A stretch of DNA of 64,000 nt from Longimicrobiales bacterium (GTDB lineage Bacteria > Gemmatimonadota > Gemmatimonadetes > Longimicrobiales > Gaopeijiaceae): positions 96,001 to 160,000 of the forward strand of contig CBDANQ010000060.1 of assembly GCA_965197725.1 (NCBI GenBank), written 5' to 3'. Made by a program: the position numbers and the translations under genes. Under the pieces are notes generated by a model. The model had not been told where the DNA came from. It worked only from the letters and a program-made list of their open reading frames with translations, and made no database searches. How positions within the stretch are numbered: position 1 is the stretch's first letter; the number at the start of each line of letters is the position of its first letter. Shown piece after piece: positions 62,435 to 64,000 of this stretch.

Positions 62435-63044
62435 GAAACAGGGGGACCCCTGTTCGGGTCGACCCCGGGAGAGACGATCATTGAAGAACACCCTCAACGC
62501 GTCGGCGGCTGCCTTCCTCACCACAGGTCTCGTCACCGTGGGCCTCCTTGTCGGCACAGCCGACCTGGCCTACGCACAGGGCGCCCCTGAGTCCAGGCGA
62601 CCGTCGGCTCCACTCTTCCAGCTCCATCCCCGCCCATCCTCGCATCCCATCGGCGCATTCGACTTCCAAGCTTCCCTCCTCCGTTCCTTCCACCTCACAG
62701 CCCGCAGCGCGTCCCGACGGCCACGCCACAGCTCACCGCCCCTTCCCTTCTTGCCTCACCTCTCGCCATGGAAGCCCGTTTGAAGTTCCTATCCGTACCG
62801 CTCGGAAGCACGGTCTTTTGCTACCGATGGACTCGTAAATTGTGAGGTGACCACAGGTTGTGGACGGACGGGCCTCCAAGGCACACAACGCAAACAGGAG
62901 AGCCCATGGCTGAGTATCCTTCCAGGGTTGTCCTTCCGCTCAGCATTTCCCTGTTTCGCCCAGTTTGGCTGAGTTGGCACACTGGTGGCACACAAGATCG
63001 GCAGTGATTTGGCGAGGGGGCGATGCCCGAACTGTCAACTAAGC

Positions 63045-64000
63045 TGTCAACGGCCATCGAAAGCTGCACAGGTCTGGCCATCGAAAATTGCACACTTGGC
63101 GGAGGTGACGAGCCTCTAGTTCGTCGTTTTCTCCTTTGCTCTTGCTCTCTTTCTCTTCGGGGGTGAAGGGCTCGACTCCGCAGGAGGCGAGTGGAGGATC
63201 TTGGAGAGGTCGGTGTGCTTGCGCATCCGGTAGCTGCTGCCGCGGATGTTGACGATGTGGCAGTGATGCAGCAGGCGATCGATGAGCGCAGCGGCCATGA
63301 CCTCGTCGCCCAAGATCTGGCCCCACTCCTCGAAGCCTTTATTGGAGGTCAGCACAGTGGATGCGCGCTCATAGCGCCGGTTGATGAGTTGGAAGAAGAG
63401 CATTGCGCCGGTCTGGCTGACCGGCAGGTAGCCGATCTCGTCGATGACCAGGAGCGAAGGATAGGTGAGGATCTTGAGGCGGCGTCCCAGCTGGCCGGTG
63501 GTCTTGGCTTCTTCGAGCGAGGTGATGAGGTCGGCCAGAGCGCCGTAGTAGACTCTGCGCCCGCTCTGAGCCGCGGCAATGGCGAGGCTGATCGCGAGAT
63601 GCGTCTTGCCGACGCCCGGAGGGCCGAGGAAGATCACGTTCTCCTTACGCTCCAAGAAGCCGAGCTCGTGGAGCGAGTCGATCTGCTCGCGCTTGATCGA
63701 GGGCTGGAAGCTGAAGTCGAAGTCGTCGAGGGTCTTGATGCCCGGTAGCCGGCTCGAGCGCATCGCAGCCTGAAGGCGGCGGTTGTTGCGCAGCGTGATC
63801 TGGGCACCGAGGAGTTGCTCGATGGCCTCCGAGGCCGTCACGCCTCCGCCATCGACCCCGGTGAGGACGTCGTCGATGGCCTCCAGCGCACCGGGCATCT
63901 TGAGATCGGCGAGCTGGGCTCGGATCCGGTCACGGCGAGAGCGAGCGGCAGCCTTCATCGGTCCCCTCCCGCGATCTGGGCATAGGCCGTGAGGGGACGT
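63045..64000 (-). mobile_element. IS21-family element, right part
   Basis: Terminus TGTCAAC with two internal GGCCATCGAAA..TGCACA repeats (63052-63070, 63076-63094); carries istB and the end of istA. Confidence 0.9.
63116..63958 (-). CDS. istB: IS21 helper ATPase IstB
   Basis: FDFSFQP, GPPGVGKTHLA, IDEIGY, TSN, DRLLHH, GSSYR. Confidence 0.95.
   Translation of the reverse strand: MKAAARSRRDRIRAQLADLKMPGALEAIDDVLTGVDGGGVTASEAIEQLLGAQITLRNNRRLQAAMRSSRLPGIKTLDDFDFSFQPSIKREQIDSLHELGFLERKENVIFLGPPGVGKTHLAISLAIAAAQSGRRVYYGALADLITSLEEAKTTGQLGRRLKILTYPSLLVIDEIGYLPVSQTGAMLFFQLINRRYERASTVLTSNKGFEEWGQILGDEVMAAALIDRLLHHCHIVNIRGSSYRMRKHTDLSKILHSPPAESSPSPPKRKRARAKEKTTN

Noticed and set aside
62481..63044. 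Signal-peptide shard and tandem TGGCACAC motif near the IS21 end (possible att arm sites)
   Set aside because: Only two copies and no recognisable tRNA or integrase nearby.

Overview
GC-rich bacterial chromosome segment, probably Gemmatimonadota (inferred from lineage-typical gene remnants), that shows IS expansion and gene erosion. Intact genes cover transport, nitrogen and amide scavenging (secreted acetamidase and cyanophycinase, a Tat-exported PLP enzyme, gdhA) and a YedE/YedF-like operon with two tandem rhodaneses. Others include three DUF5916 outer-membrane paralogues, phosphatases, cfa, a YfbK-like VWA protein, an ABC-F protein and a Tat-exported HDAC-family enzyme. Mobile DNA comprises two IS256 isoforms (complete, nested and truncated copies with 8-bp target duplications), two IS1182-like copies in CTAG sites and an IS21 end. 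Intergenic regions are mosaics of short gene fragments, including a tRNA 3' half with nearby repeated motifs and four broken toxin genes. The best candidate for an undescribed system is a pair of small double-glycine-leader peptide genes (57018-57442). Their hydrophobic cores share a G-x-x-C-G motif and two Cys each, like a two-peptide bacteriocin or RiPP locus, and the downstream DNA is cut off by an IS256 nest.
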